The translations under genes were made by a program, and so were the position numbers. The notes under the pieces were generated by a model. That model did no database searches and was not told where the DNA came from. It was given only the letters and a program-made list of their open reading frames with translations. 64,000 nucleotides of DNA from Chrysomallon squamiferum (taxonomy: Eukaryota; Animalia; Mollusca): contig CM022677.1 in assembly GCA_012295275.1 (NCBI GenBank), positions 24,180,001-24,244,000 of the forward strand, given 5' to 3'. Of the stretch, positions 35,554 through 50,746 are shown one piece after another. Each line of letters begins with the position of its first letter. Positions within the stretch are counted from its first letter, which is position 1.

Positions 35554-37201
35554 CTGGTATAATACCGAGCAGACATATTTAGATGAAATTATGGATAGAT
35601 AGAGAAATGGAAACGAAAAAAATACAAATGAAAAAGAAAGAAAGAAAGAAAGAAAGAGAGAAACAAAGAAACAAAGAAGAGATAGGTGTGATTATATACG
35701 TGTTCCGTACACCTTTGCTTATTAAATTTTTATTTTTTATCATTTTTTTTTTTCATTTTTTTTTTTAAAGATAGGTTATGTTGTTAATCTTTATTCTTTA
35801 TTAAACCTTCAAAAAAAAAAAAAAAAAAAAAATATCTTACATCGTCTACCTCCTTATCTGACAGACAATCTAACTGTCAGCATTTCAGACTGCTCGCTTA
35901 TTTTATAAGCTCGAGCTTTTAATATTAATTTTTTTTTCTTTTTTTTTTCTTGAATTTCAATATTGGGGGCGCGTTCGAGCGGAACGTCAGCGTATAACGG
36001 GACTTTTGTGTTTCTAACGGTATTCGGGGCAGCAAAGATAGGGGGCGAGAGACGAAACCGAATATCAAGTTTCTGTCTGCGCGGGTTTGTTTTCGGGTGG
36101 GGTGCGGGTGGGTTCAAGAGGGTAGATGTTAAGTAAGAAAGAAAAAAAGGATTAACAGTTGTTTGGTGCAGTCAGTGAAATGTTGTACAGCTTCGTGTGC
36201 TGTGTTAGACAGACTCCAGTTTGGTGGTTGACAGTCGCTTTATTTATTTGTTTATTTGTTTGTTTGTTTGTTTGTTTGTTTGAGAGAATAGATAAACTAG
36301 TGACAGAACATTATACGTACAGACACACACACACACATACACACATATATATATATATTTCTAGTTAGTGTTTGTCTTTGTACGTGTTGATGTACATATG
36401 TATATAATATATATGTGTGTGTATGAACGTATGTATTTATGTATGTACGTATATGTATGTACTTATGTATGTATGAAAATATATATATATATGTATGTAT
36501 GTATGTATGAATGTATGTGTCTACGAATGTATCTATGAAGTGTGTGTTGTGTTGTATATGTATATATATATATATGTATATATATGTATGTATGTATGAA
36601 CGTAGGTATTTATGTATGTACATATGTATGTGCGTATGTATTTATATGTGTATTTATGTAATGTAATGGATGTTTGTAAGGTTGGTTGTATATATATATG
36701 TGTGTCTGTGTGTGTGTGCGTCCGTGCATGCATGTATATAAATACAACCTTCAGCAAATAATTTCGACAACACTCTTAACGTGATTCGAACCCAGTACTG
36801 AAATGTAAGTCTTAACCACTGCGACATTGAGACTGGAATTTTGACAGCTTTGACAAAGCCTCTTTTATTTATCAACAAAAGATCAGTTATTTGTCCGTCG
36901 CCGTGGAGATAACAGCTTACCCGTAAGAACTACGGTTTCGGAATGTTTGACAATAGGGTCTCTGTTCAGTGTTTGGAGTAACGTCGGCGTGTAGCTATTA
37001 ATTATGAGATTTGTGCTCGTTCTCGAGTAAAGCCTTAAACAGTTAAATACGATGTCTGATAGACACAACTGAAGAAGTTAAATCTTTTCTGTGTTTGTAT
37101 GGCTGTGTGTGTGTTTATATGTGTGAATTGTGTGTGTATAAGTGTGTGAGTGTGTGTGTGTGTTGTATGTGTGTGTGTATTTGTGTGTGTATATGTGTCT
37201 G

Positions 37202-37236
<35 letters not shown>

Positions 37237-37864
37237 ATGTTTGTGTATGTATAAGTGTGTGTTGTGTGTTGTATGTATATAAGTGTGTATATGTGTGTGT
37301 GCGAGTGTGTGTTGTGTGTTTTTGTGTGTGTATGTGTGTGTGTATGTTGTAAGGTGTAGGGAATAGAAGATTTATATGATTAAATTCAACAATGTTAAGT
37401 GTATTTGTTGTGTTTTTTGTTGTTGTTTTTTAATTTTTATATAGTTTTTGGAAAGCTGTTTTTAATTTGTATTTTTCTGTATCTATCTGCCTTGTCGTCT
37501 GTCTGTCTGTCTTTCTGTATCTGACTATCTATATGTATGTTTGTATGCATATATAATATATATGTGTTTATATGTGTGTGTGTGTCTGTGTGCATAGAAG
37601 CATATATATGTATGTGTATGTTTATGTATGTATATGTGTGTATCTGACTTTTTGTCTTTTTCTTTGACTATCTCTGTTTCCACCTATATAGATATATTAG
37701 AGAGAGAGACAGACAGACAGACAGAGAGTGAGACACACACACACGCAAACACAGAGAGAAAGACAGACAGACAGAGAGAGAGACACACACACACACGCAA
37801 ACAGAGAGAGAGAGACAGAGTGAGAGACACATAGAGAGAGACACACACACACACACAGAGAGAG

Positions 37865-37909
<45 letters not shown>

Positions 37910-38568
37910 GAGAGAGATACTGACAGACAGACAGACAGATCTACACGTCTTCATGTCAGGAGACACACATCTGTATATTTTTCTTACAGTTTTTCGCGTG
38001 AAGCTTTTACTATTTTATTCCATTTATAACCACCCACCCGAAACAGCATTAAAAAAAAAAACTTTCATACAACTTTCTCTTTTACCCCAATCACGTTTTT
38101 CTCTTCTTATCACCCCGATTTTATTTTCATTTCACTCTTGACCGTATTCAATCACAACCTCACCCCACCCCTATCTCCACACACACACACACACATCGCA
38201 GACAAAAAAAACCCTTGCAGTACGACAAACCAATAAACACGCGCACACAACACACTAAAACATCGTCTGAGAGGGTAACAACGACAGACACACCCAAACT
38301 TCAAAAAACCGGCACGAACAGTAAAACAGACCACAGGACACTCAAGAATACTTAAGACTCAAAGCCCTACGTCTTTCTTACAGGAATGAAAACACTGGTG
38401 AAGTATATGAGTTTATGTATGTTTACGTGGATTCGTGAGGTATTGGGAATCTACCGCGAGATGGTTTGAGATAAAAGTTTGTGAGTTGGTGAGAGCAAAA
38501 CAAACAAAACGAGAAATAAATGTTTTAAAATGTGTATAAACACGTGAATACTTTACTGTCGTTGGCAT

Positions 38569-38726
38569 GCGAAAAACAGTATTTAAGATCAATTATTTGT
38601 AACAAACAAAATATTATACATGCTATGTATATATATGTTTATATGTATATATCTGTGTGTATATAGTGTATATATATATAATATTTTGTTTGTTACAAAT
38701 AATTGATCTTAAATACTGTTTTTCGC
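38569..38726. repeat. Perfect 50-bp inverted repeat with a 58-bp spacer
   Basis: 38569-38618 (GCGAAAAACAGT...AAAATATTATA) is the exact reverse complement of 38677-38726. Confidence 0.95.
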
Positions 38727-38727
38727 C

Positions 38728-38786
<59 letters not shown>

Positions 38787-39098
38787 ATTTCTTTACTATA
38801 TCCTTAGTTCACCATATTCTGTTTACTACACAACAAATCATTTTGATGTTATTTTACTAAACAAACTTTCTTAGTGATAAACTATGTCACACAAATGCTT
38901 GGATTTAAAGACATATTCTAAATATTTATTTGTTGTTGTCTCCAATCTTTGTTAAATATAAAGTGTAAGACTGCATTAGGAACATTTAGTATATGATTTG
39001 ATATGTGGTGAAATATTTACAAATTAATCTTTTATTTCCTTCTTCTCACAGAATACCTGTCGTCTTCTGATAAAAGCGTAAACATATATTTTAGTTGA

Positions 39099-39185
<87 letters not shown>

Positions 39186-39264
39186 AAATAACTAAATACA
39201 TAAACAGATAAGTAAATACACGAATTATTATTATTATTATTATTATTATATGTTGTTGTTGTTG

Positions 39265-39470
39265 TTGTCGTTATCGTTATCGTTATTGTTATTGTTATTG
39301 TTTTTATTATTATTAAGAAAAACTCGAAATACACCCACACATATATACACGGGCAAACACAACCACACACACATACACACATACACATACACATACACTC
39401 ACACACATATACACACCTATGCACACACACACACATAAACACAGGTAGATAGAGTGATAGAAAAAAATTG
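39265..39470 (+). repeat. Copy 1 of a local direct duplication (copy 2 at about 43090-43390)
   Basis: Shared unique anchors TTATTAAGAAAAAC..GAAATACACCCACACATATA..GGGCAAACAC and CATAAACACAGGTAGATAGAGT.ATAGAAAAAA flank a CA-rich tract. Confidence 0.9.
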
Positions 39471-40191
39471 TGATGCTTATAACATCAACTCACTGAAACT
39501 AACTACATTCGTTACGTCAAAGATGACAAAACAATATTCGCCGATAAAATCATCCTTCTTCTTCTTCTTTTTTTTTTTTTTTTTTTTTTTTTCTCTTCAC
39601 CCGTATCCGTGGCAACACCTCAGCATCACGCCATCTTTATTCTCCTCTTGACAAAACATATCATTTACGATCCCCCGATTAGCCTACGTTCCCCCTTTTG
39701 TCACTCGATATATCCCTCTCGTAGCGGGCGAGAACTTCGAGATCTGCGCCATCTTGTTCCTGTGGCCATGTTGACCGGCCAAACATCGCCAAGTACCGCT
39801 AATGGCCGTTTGTCCCCTTCCGACGATTTACCTTTGTTGTTGCGTGTAATCCTTTACCCCCCCTCTCTGCGAGGTTTTGGCGCGGAATGTTGTCACACAG
39901 ATTAGCGGAATCTGGTGTTTGTTAAAGAATTGTGTGTGTTTTTTCGAGATGGGACCGTGCAGATTAACGGCGGTGGATGAAGAAGGATGATTTGATCGGC
40001 GAATATTGTTTTGTCATCGTTTGTGACTTGATATTATCATTCAAACTCTATCTACCTGGTCATGATTTGTTACGTGTATTTTTCTTTCGATTGGTTTTGT
40101 TTTGTTTTGTGTTTGTGTGTTTGTTTTTGTTTTATTTTATTTATTTATTTGTTTTTTATTTTGTTTTATTTTATTTTGTTTTATTTATTTA

Positions 40192-40222
<31 letters not shown>

Positions 40223-40240
40223 ATTTTATTTATTTCTTTT

Positions 40241-40295
<55 letters not shown>

Positions 40296-40297
40296 TT

Positions 40298-40337
<40 letters not shown>

Positions 40338-40362
40338 TTATTTATTTATTTATTTATCTTTT

Positions 40363-40397
<35 letters not shown>

Positions 40398-40751
40398 CAA
40401 CTATATAATAATATTACTTCCAGTAGTAGTAGTAGCAGTAATATTAATAAAAGCGACTCTAGAAGAAATCGTTGATTCTATAGCTGTTGTTTTGTGTTGT
40501 TCTTCTTATTATTTTTGGTGGTAATAGTAACAGTAGAGAAGTAGCAGCAGAACTGTACTACTTTAATGTACCAACATTTAATTAAACGTGAAACAAATGA
40601 TACAGAAATGATAAATTGAAATACAATGGTGAAAAACCTCTCAGTTACGGATTCTGAAATAAAGTAATAAATCAAAAATATCTTGTCTCTCTGTCTCTTT
40701 ATATCACGTATACATGTCTTTTCAGTCAGTATTATTTATGTTTGTTAATCC

Positions 40752-40880
<129 letters not shown>

Positions 40881-41397
40881 CCCCCTCTCTCTCTCTCTCA
40901 TAATTCCTTAACGCACTGAAAGTATTGTAGCCAAACAACCACCTCTCTAACTCATTGCGTGAACACGACAAGTCTGAACTGAAGGTATTTCCAATACTTG
41001 AAACACAGTGAACAGAAAGAAAAAGAAAAAGAAAAACGCTTTTATTTGATTGATTGACATGTTTACGAGACTGCTGTGCCTGTGTATAAAGGTCACCTAC
41101 ATCAGAAAAATAATAACGCTTCACGTGAGGGCCTCATTACAAACATATTCGCCGGGTATTTCAGTTCTTTTGTTTGTATTCAGGGTAGTTTACGTGGGAG
41201 GACACACTAGCACACTCGTGATGAACGGTAACTAAGGATTATGACCATAAGGAAAAAACAACATATATATGATTTGAAAAGTTAAAGATGTTGACAGTGC
41301 GGACAAAGAAGTGACAAATATTACGAATTACGGAAATAATAAAAAAAAGATGTTATTTCTAGGATGTGTCTTTGTACTCTCTGTCTCTGTTACTCTG

Positions 41398-41545
<148 letters not shown>

Positions 41546-41620
41546 ACTCTCCTCTCTCTCTGTATCTATATATCTCTCTCTTTCTCTCCATTTTTCTCTG
41601 TCTCTCTCTCTGTATCTCCC

Positions 41621-41659
<39 letters not shown>

Positions 41660-42161
41660 AACGCACACACAGACACACTTTCCTTAACCCACTGAAATGC
41701 CCAGCTATGATTTATAAATGTAATTTAAAACGTTTCAGACATTTTTCTTAAGACATAAGCGTCGTTGTATAATTTATTGGTTTACAACGATCACCTAGTT
41801 TAAAATTAACTCTCTCCTCTCTCCTGTATCAACATTACTATCTGTCTATCTGTCACGTGACCACTCCAGAGCTCATCATAAAATAATGTGTAAATAGAAT
41901 GGAGACTGAACTTGTGTTTTGAAGGGAATGTTGGTTTTATTTTCTTCTTTTTTTCAGTTTGTTTTCTTGTAGTATCATATCCTACGACACAATGCTGTTC
42001 CACTGAATACCATAACATTATTATTATATCAAGCATATCATACCATTCCAAAATAAACCATACCATACACATCATACCATTATAGCATGTAATATCTTAC
42101 CTCACTATATTATACCATACTCAGCAATACCATATCATTCTACGTTATAATAGTGTTGTCT

Positions 42162-42263
<102 letters not shown>

Positions 42264-42269
42264 TCTCTC

Positions 42270-42391
<122 letters not shown>

Positions 42392-42468
42392 CTATAATGT
42401 AGTACCATAGTTTTCAAACCAAATATCTGTAAAATGAATTATGTTTGGTTGTCGTAATATATATATAT

Positions 42469-42511
<43 letters not shown>

Positions 42512-43089
42512 TACATGTGGACTGCCGTATGTTCTTTCATCTATTTCATATTCACCTTACATTACATTTATATCAAATACATATTCAAACAACACTTTAC
42601 ATAATTTATAATCCCCACATAACGGAAAAAAAAAAAAAAAAAAAAAAAATCGAAGACGCATACATTTAAAACGTGTCAAATCTATTTCATCGAAGCCTCG
42701 TCCCGCTTGGCGTTGTCAGGGCAACGTCAACATCCAATCAATTTGCAGACAAAGCGGCTGTTAAATCATTCATTTCGCCCAGTGTTTGTTTCCTCGGCAT
42801 TTTCTCCACTGCGTTTCAGCGATCTCGTACTTGTCATGGATCGCCAGTTTCGTTAAGCGTTTGTCTATTTCTTGTTTTTTTTTATATAGAAAAAGCGTTG
42901 TTATCCGTATTAAAAAAAAAAAAAATAAAAATAAAAATAAAAATGACCAGAATAGGTATTGGGAATTCATATATAGGGCAGTGACATCGTTTTTTTTTTT
43001 CTTTTTTATTCTTCTTAAAAAAAATTTAAAAAAATTATATTATTGTTATTATTATAATTATTATTATTATTATTATTGTTGTTGTTGTT

Positions 43090-43390
43090 GTTGTTGTTGT
43101 TGTTATTGTTATTGTTATTGTTATTGTAATTATTGTTGTTATTATTAAGAAAAACAAGAAATACACCCACACATATACACATGGGCAAACACACACACAC
43201 ACATACATATACATACACACACACACAAAACATATACACACACACACACACATACAAACACACATACATATACACACACACACACACACATACACACATA
43301 CACATACATATACACACACACAAACACACACATACATATACACACATACACACACACACATAAACACAGGTAGATAGAGTCATAGAAAAA
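43090..43390 (+). repeat. Copy 2 of the local direct duplication, with an expanded CA tract
   Basis: Same anchors as 39265-39470; the internal CA-rich tract is about 80 bp longer. Confidence 0.9.
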
Positions 43391-44258
43391 ACATTGTTCA
43401 TTCTGTTTTACTTTTTAATCGGCTTCTTGTTGTTATTATTTTTTCTTCTTCTGACAGGTGAAAGCAAAAAAAAAGTAATAATACAAATAATACAAATAAA
43501 ATAAAATATAATAAAATAAATAAAAATAAATAAAAATAAATAAATACAAAATACAGAATAAATAAATTAAAAATTAAAATAATAATAATAATAAAATAAA
43601 TAAAACCCATAAATCATTTTTATTTTTAATCAACTAAACTCACTCAACCCCCTGCAAACAAAACCTAATCACTAATATTTTACATAATCCAAACTCCACT
43701 ACGAGAAGTGTGGATATTAATCCTTTAATCCTTTAATCTCAAGCATACAGAAGATAATCGCCAGGTAAAACCTAACATTAGTACACGCACATTTCTCACA
43801 GAGAGTCTCTGTACTCGAAATAATCTTTAAATGTTGCTTATCAGTGGAAAGATAAAAATTATTAATATCTGTGACCCGATCCCATGAAAGGGACATTAAG
43901 TCTTCTGTATAGTGGAGTAGATATTTAAATTATCTATAATATGCTGTTGCTGCTGTTGCTGCTGTCGTTGTTGTTACTGTTATTATTACTACTACGATGA
44001 CGTCGATCAAACACATGGATAATGTTGCTGCTACTGCTACTACAACTACTACTATTACTACTGTACTACATCTTAAACTATTATTATTATTATTATTATT
44101 ATTTACTGTTGTTGTTCTTATTTCCTTCTAATTATCAAATCTGATTAACAGTCCATGTACAGCCTTTCATTAGGGTAATGTTTCCTACTACTGCCATTGC
44201 AGCTGCTACTACTACTACTATTACTACTACCAGTGTTACTACTACTACAACAAAACAA

Positions 44259-44289
<31 letters not shown>

Positions 44290-44930
44290 AAGAATGAGAA
44301 TAAGAAGAAAAAGAAAAACAAATTATATCGTTGATGATAATAATCCTGATAAAAACCAACGACAACAACTACGACAACAAATCAATAAAATCTGGGAGCT
44401 CATGCGAGCGATCATTATAACAACATACCCTAGGATCCCTTTCTTTGAAACTGGTCACACCATATTAATAATATGTGTGTATTATACATTACTGACACAC
44501 TGACAATTTATAAAATTTATTAAACACAAATATTATTTTTTTTTTTTTTTTTTTTTTTACTCTTACTAAGCTTCAAAATTTGTTCCTCGGAGCTTAATAC
44601 ACCTTCAGGAATAAAAAGAAATTTAAAAAAAAAAAAAATTAAAAAAAAAAAGGAATTGAAAGAATATAAATACCACCATGATTTTTAGATTCCTTGCTGA
44701 TAAAGAGCAATGATAACGTGGTTTTAATTTTCATAAAACGTGTCAACACCAGTTTCAGTGATAAACGACCGCGGACCCTTCAGAAACCGAGAGTGGAATA
44801 AATCCCCTTTATACATATTCTCTATTTCTCTTTTATTCTCGCCTTTCGGGTGGATAATGCGGGTATATTTAACACGGAACGTGTAATAAACAGCTTTACC
44901 CGTCGACAGAAGTATGAAAGGATATATTTG

Positions 44931-45048
<118 letters not shown>

Positions 45049-45223
45049 AGATATATACTGTTCCCAAAATCTGAAATTAAGGCACATACCTATATATCAA
45101 TGAGCAATAAATGATGATGATGATGAAATTTAATATTATAATAATAATAGCAACAACAACAAATTACATGTATTTACAAAACACGAACAGAAAATTAATA
45201 ATCAGTATCTGCCCACAAATACA

Positions 45224-45270
<47 letters not shown>

Positions 45271-45701
45271 TAAAATAATAATATTAATAATGACAATAAT
45301 AATATTATAACAATAATAATAAGAATAATAATAGTAATAATAACACTAATAATAATAATAATAATAACAGTAATAATAACACTAATAATAATAATAATAA
45401 TAATAGTAATAATAATAATGGTAATATAAAACTGATCAGCTCAATGGGAATAATAGAAATCCCGATGCAACTGACACCAGCAGTGAAACTGACATGGGCG
45501 AGAGAGAAATTGATTGTACCGCCAGGTAATAACTCCATTTCACAGCTATTTTAGTTCTGTTTTCACTCGGTCCACGGAGAAAAGGGACTCGATGTGCTGC
45601 TTGAAATGAAATGTTTTGTTGTTTTGTTCTCACATTGTGTTTGTAAAGTAAATACACAGTAAACAGTGAGACGGCATAGATAGCTCAGCAGAACCAGCAT
45701 C

Positions 45702-45818
<117 letters not shown>

Positions 45819-45866
45819 TAATGTGTGTGATGATTACATATTAATAATAACAACAGTAATAACAGT

Positions 45867-45897
<31 letters not shown>

Positions 45898-45922
45898 TAA
45901 TAATAACAACAACAATAATAAC

Positions 45923-45963
<41 letters not shown>

Positions 45964-46065
45964 TAATAGTAATAATAAAATATGTGTCTGTGTGATGTGA
46001 TGATGATGATGATGATTATGATAATAATAATAACATAATAATAAAAATAATAATAAATAAATAAC

Positions 46066-46109
<44 letters not shown>

Positions 46110-47013
46110 TGATGATGAATAATAATGACAATAATAATAACAACAATAACAACAACAACAAAAACAAGAACACCACCACCACCACCACCACAACAACAAC
46201 AACAACGATAATAATAACGATTATGATAACGATGATGACGTCGGCATAAAGAAGATAATTGTTATCCAGTATTTTAGTGTATTTGGTATGGGAAGGTTTT
46301 ATGTGCTGTGTTTGGTACGGATTCAGTTTGTATTGTATGGAAGGCATGACGTGGAATTTTTAATAATGTTGTTTTCTATGCTGTAGAATGGTTTCGTTGA
46401 TATGGTATTGTATTGTATTGTATTCTACTGTACTGTATGGCATCCTAATTGTTTTAAATGGCATAATCTTGAGTGTTGTTTGTTGCACTCTCTGTTTTCG
46501 TGTAGTTCTATGAAGTTTAGTAAGGTATCATATACTGTGGTATATCTACGTTATTATTATGGTATTTTGTGCTACGACATGAAATGGTATCGAATGTATA
46601 CCATGGTAATCCACGACATGGTTACCAACGCATATTACGACTGCGACATGGTTATTCCAACACGCCTTCTTAATCACAGCGAAACAAAGAAAATTAAGAA
46701 CTAATTTTAAAAAAAAAATGTTAATTTACGAGGACGTTCGTGTATTTTAACACAGCAATAAGAGTTCAATGTTTACCTGATTTATAAAAATGCATGTCTA
46801 ATTTCTGTCTCCGAGAAATTTACGAATGAATCGCTCATCGTGTTGACTGCTCGTGAAATGTACGCGTAGTCGCAAACACGCATGTCAAATGAAAAGTGTT
46901 TGTGATGCAGGCACGCTCGCCGGTTTGAATATGTTAAGCAAATTAGATAAACACCGACAGGAGGTTGGTTACAGTGGTTTTGGGTATTACGTAATGATTG
47001 TAGGTGCAGGCCC

Positions 47014-47098
47014 CGACAGGGTGGTTCTTGGGATGGGTGGGTGGGGGTGCGGACAGGGTGGTTCTGGGGATGGGTGGGGGTGGGGCGGGCAGGGGTGG
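47014..47098 (+). repeat. G-rich duplicated motif with G-quadruplex potential
   Basis: GACAGGGTGGTTCT(T/G)GGGATGGGTGGG occurs twice, with more than eight G3+ runs in 85 nt. Confidence 0.7.
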
Positions 47099-47249
47099 AA
47101 TTAACAAGAAGAGGAATGGTTTGTCGATTGTGGCGAAATGTTTTCATTTTTTTTTTATATTGTTTGTTAACTAATTAATTTATTGTTATTTGTTAAATGA
47201 ATGGTTGTTTTTTGATTATTATTATCATTATTATTATTATTATTATTAT

Positions 47250-47290
<41 letters not shown>

Positions 47291-47619
47291 TTGTTGTTGT
47301 TGTTATTATTATTATTACGATCAGAATCGTCGTCTTCTTATCATTACTTCCTTATTCTTCTTTTTATTTTATTATTATTAGTAGTAGTAGTAGTAGCAGT
47401 AGTAGTAATAGTAGTTGTTGTTGTTGTTGTACTAGAAGCAGTGGTATTTCAGATCAGCCATTCCATAATAGAAGTATTAGTAACTGTTGTCGTAGTTGAA
47501 GTAGCAGCAGCAGATATCGTAGTAGTGATAGAAGAGATAATAATAGTAATATTACTATTCGTGGTAGTACTAGTTTTAGTAGTATAATTAGTCATATTTA
47601 TAAATATTTCGAATCTGCC

Positions 47620-47739
<120 letters not shown>

Positions 47740-49349
47740 CACACACATATATCCCCCTCTTTTTCTGACCCTTATCAAGGATACTTCATTTCGTTAACGT
47801 GATATGCAGTGTATTGAACTGAATCACCTTTGAGAGAAATTCACCTCACTCCAGTTTCTGTCTCTTGCAGTTATGTTTGCATACAAACTGTAACTACAGT
47901 TTACACAGCAATGCAGATCTAATGTAATATATTGACAGGTCAAAGTTCACATCCGTGTGACTAAAATATGTCTGAACGTTAACCGACTTCAACAATGAGT
48001 AATCAAAATCACAGATATTCTTAGTCTACACCACGCAGTATTAAAGCTAATTATTATTATTTTTTTTTTTTTTTCTGTATATTTTTATTATTTATCTATA
48101 ATATTTTAATAAACATTTATTTACTTATTAAAACTGCATACAAAAGTGTTCAGCGGACTTCTAGGACAAAAACAAAACATTGAATACCAGTCAGATGACC
48201 AAGTTACAAATGATAGAAAAGACAGACAACGAGGGGAAAAAAAAAAAATATATATAAAATGAAAGTCACGATAAACCGATATATGAATATATGAATATAT
48301 GAATATACTGGTGAATACACAACAAAGGTAAATACAAACTACATGCAAATCGTTTAACAAAATAAACAAATTAATCGTCCACCGTTTTATTTTTTAATCC
48401 TTTTAATGTCAGACTCGTTTACAATGCACTAGAAAGGAAAGAAGAAAAACTCATATATCTCACTTAATTCTTTTTTCTTTTTTCTTTTTTCTTCTTCTTA
48501 TGATAAGCAGTCAAAGATTGTAAACACTGACCCCCACCCCCCCCCCACCGTGTTTTCTTACATTCCGTCATTGCTGTCAACACGTCAGTGCCTTCAAAAC
48601 AAGCGACACCTGCAGGAAGAAAGCACAAACGGGAATAGAGTTACCTCCCCATTGAACGCGCACGCCTGGTTTAATGCAAAACAAACACGGAGTCGTTAAC
48701 GTTCACACGCTGGTACCACAATGCAGCGCAACATCAAAGATGGGAACTGGTGTACACCACTGTCCAGACGAGAGAAAACGGTTGCCTGGGTAACGCGCGA
48801 GAGACAGACAGGAATCGCTAAGGCGTGACATTGATAAAGAAATTTGTAAGTTGTACGGGGTATAGGATTAATACAAGACGCATACCCTCTTGCTATTTTT
48901 TTTATTATTATTATTTCTATTTTTTTTTTTTTTGTATATGGCTGATGAATAAGAAAAAAAATCCTTAATATGCCTGTATTGTTTGTAATGTGCATAGCGA
49001 TGTGGGATTTTCACAAGCTTAGAATTTTATTTTATTTTTTCTTTAATAACATTACATGGATGTAAATGAAAATAGTTTGGCTTTGTGATGCTTTCTGTGT
49101 GTCGATGTATCGGCATTCGACTGCCATTGTCAGATGCATTTGAAGAAGGTGCTGGGAAAAGAGCCCAGTCAGATTGGGAAATAAAGAGGGGAGGAGTGGA
49201 ACAAATTGTGTATGATTACAATTGTGGACTTGAGCATGAAACTTTAAAAAATAAAACTGAAAGAATAACGATAACAACGACGACAACGATGTGAAATCAC
49301 AACCATGAAGATAACAATTGCGTGAGAAAAATACTACTGCGGCTGCTTT

Positions 49350-49359
49350 TACTACAACA

Positions 49360-49407
<48 letters not shown>

Positions 49408-49493
49408 GCTATCACTACTACCACTATTACTACTAGTAGTACAAGCACTTTCACTACTGCTACAACTACTACCATCACTACTACTATTACAAA

Positions 49494-49528
<35 letters not shown>

Positions 49529-49765
49529 GTACTACTACTGCTATCACTACTACCACTACTACTACTAGTAGTACAAGTACTTTCACTACTGCTACAACTA
49601 CTACCATCACTACTACTATTACAAATACTACTACTACTACTAGTACTAGTAGTATTATCACTACTACCACTATTGATACTAGTAGTACTAGTTATTTCAC
49701 TACTACTACAACTACTACCATGTCTACTACTGCCACTACTACTATTACAAATACTAGTACTACTA
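49350..49765. repeat. Compound (ACT)n microsatellite with an internal duplication of about 130 bp
   Basis: The block GCTATCACTACTACCACT...TTTCACTACTGCTACAACTACTACCATCAC...ACAAATAC occurs twice. This is the source of the poly-Thr, poly-Val and poly-Leu ORFs. Confidence 0.9.
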
Positions 49766-49920
49766 TTCTGTTATTACTAAAACACCAATTACTAAGAGAA
49801 CTATACTGCCAGTGACAACAACAACAACAATAATAATAATTATAATAATAATAATAATAATAGTTAATAATAATAACAATAACAATAATAATTTAACGAA
49901 AAATAACAGGGAAGCAAAGA

Positions 49921-49960
<40 letters not shown>

Positions 49961-50608
49961 AATGAAATAAAATAAAATAATTACAAAATAAAAAAAAAAA
50001 TATCGCCAAACTTCTGCTCATTCGTGCAACCCCAACAAGCTTTTAACGTTGAGACGACAAGGCTATTGCTTACCGACAAGAAAGAGTTTTAGTTACAACA
50101 AATTATCAGATCGTTCAGCATAGACACCAATTATCGCAAATTAGCTCGAAACATAGCCGACACCGCTATTCGATCCGGTTATCTGTGGCTCTTCAGACTG
50201 TAATCGAGACTGATACACAAACATCAATGGTTGAAAGACGGCGGGATTCAACGGCAGAAATTGGGCAATTAATTCCCGCGGGGTCGGGTTTCATTTCGTC
50301 TTTGACTGTTTGCTTTGGCTGAAACCCTAGCCCCAAAAACAAACACTAGTTCGACTTTTCTTTTAATTACACGTCGTTAAGTTATTAGTCTTCCCATAAT
50401 TCGTCTGTCAAAATGTGATGACCTGTGAGAGAGAGAGAGAGAGAAAAAAATATCTATCGAGTGACACGATGACATCAAAGGTCAAAGCCATGACGACATG
50501 GAGGTCACGTGATGAATAGGGCGGGTATTTTCTTTCGGGTGTGTTTTCGTTAATCGTCAAAGCCGACCTGTTGAAAAGAGTTTACATGAATCATTATCAT
50601 TATCATCA

Positions 50609-50639
<31 letters not shown>

Positions 50640-50658
50640 CTTTTTCTTTTTTCGTTTT

Positions 50659-50746
<88 letters not shown>

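Noticed and set aside
39808-39822. miR-133-like TTTGTCCCCTTC
   Set aside because: The seed lacks a G, the 3' half does not match, and there is no hairpin.
49318-49815. Mucin-like Thr-rich ORF
   Set aside because: It is an (ACT)n compound microsatellite open in several frames. Similar tracts occur at 10420-10715 and 27640-27930, and there are no splice signals.
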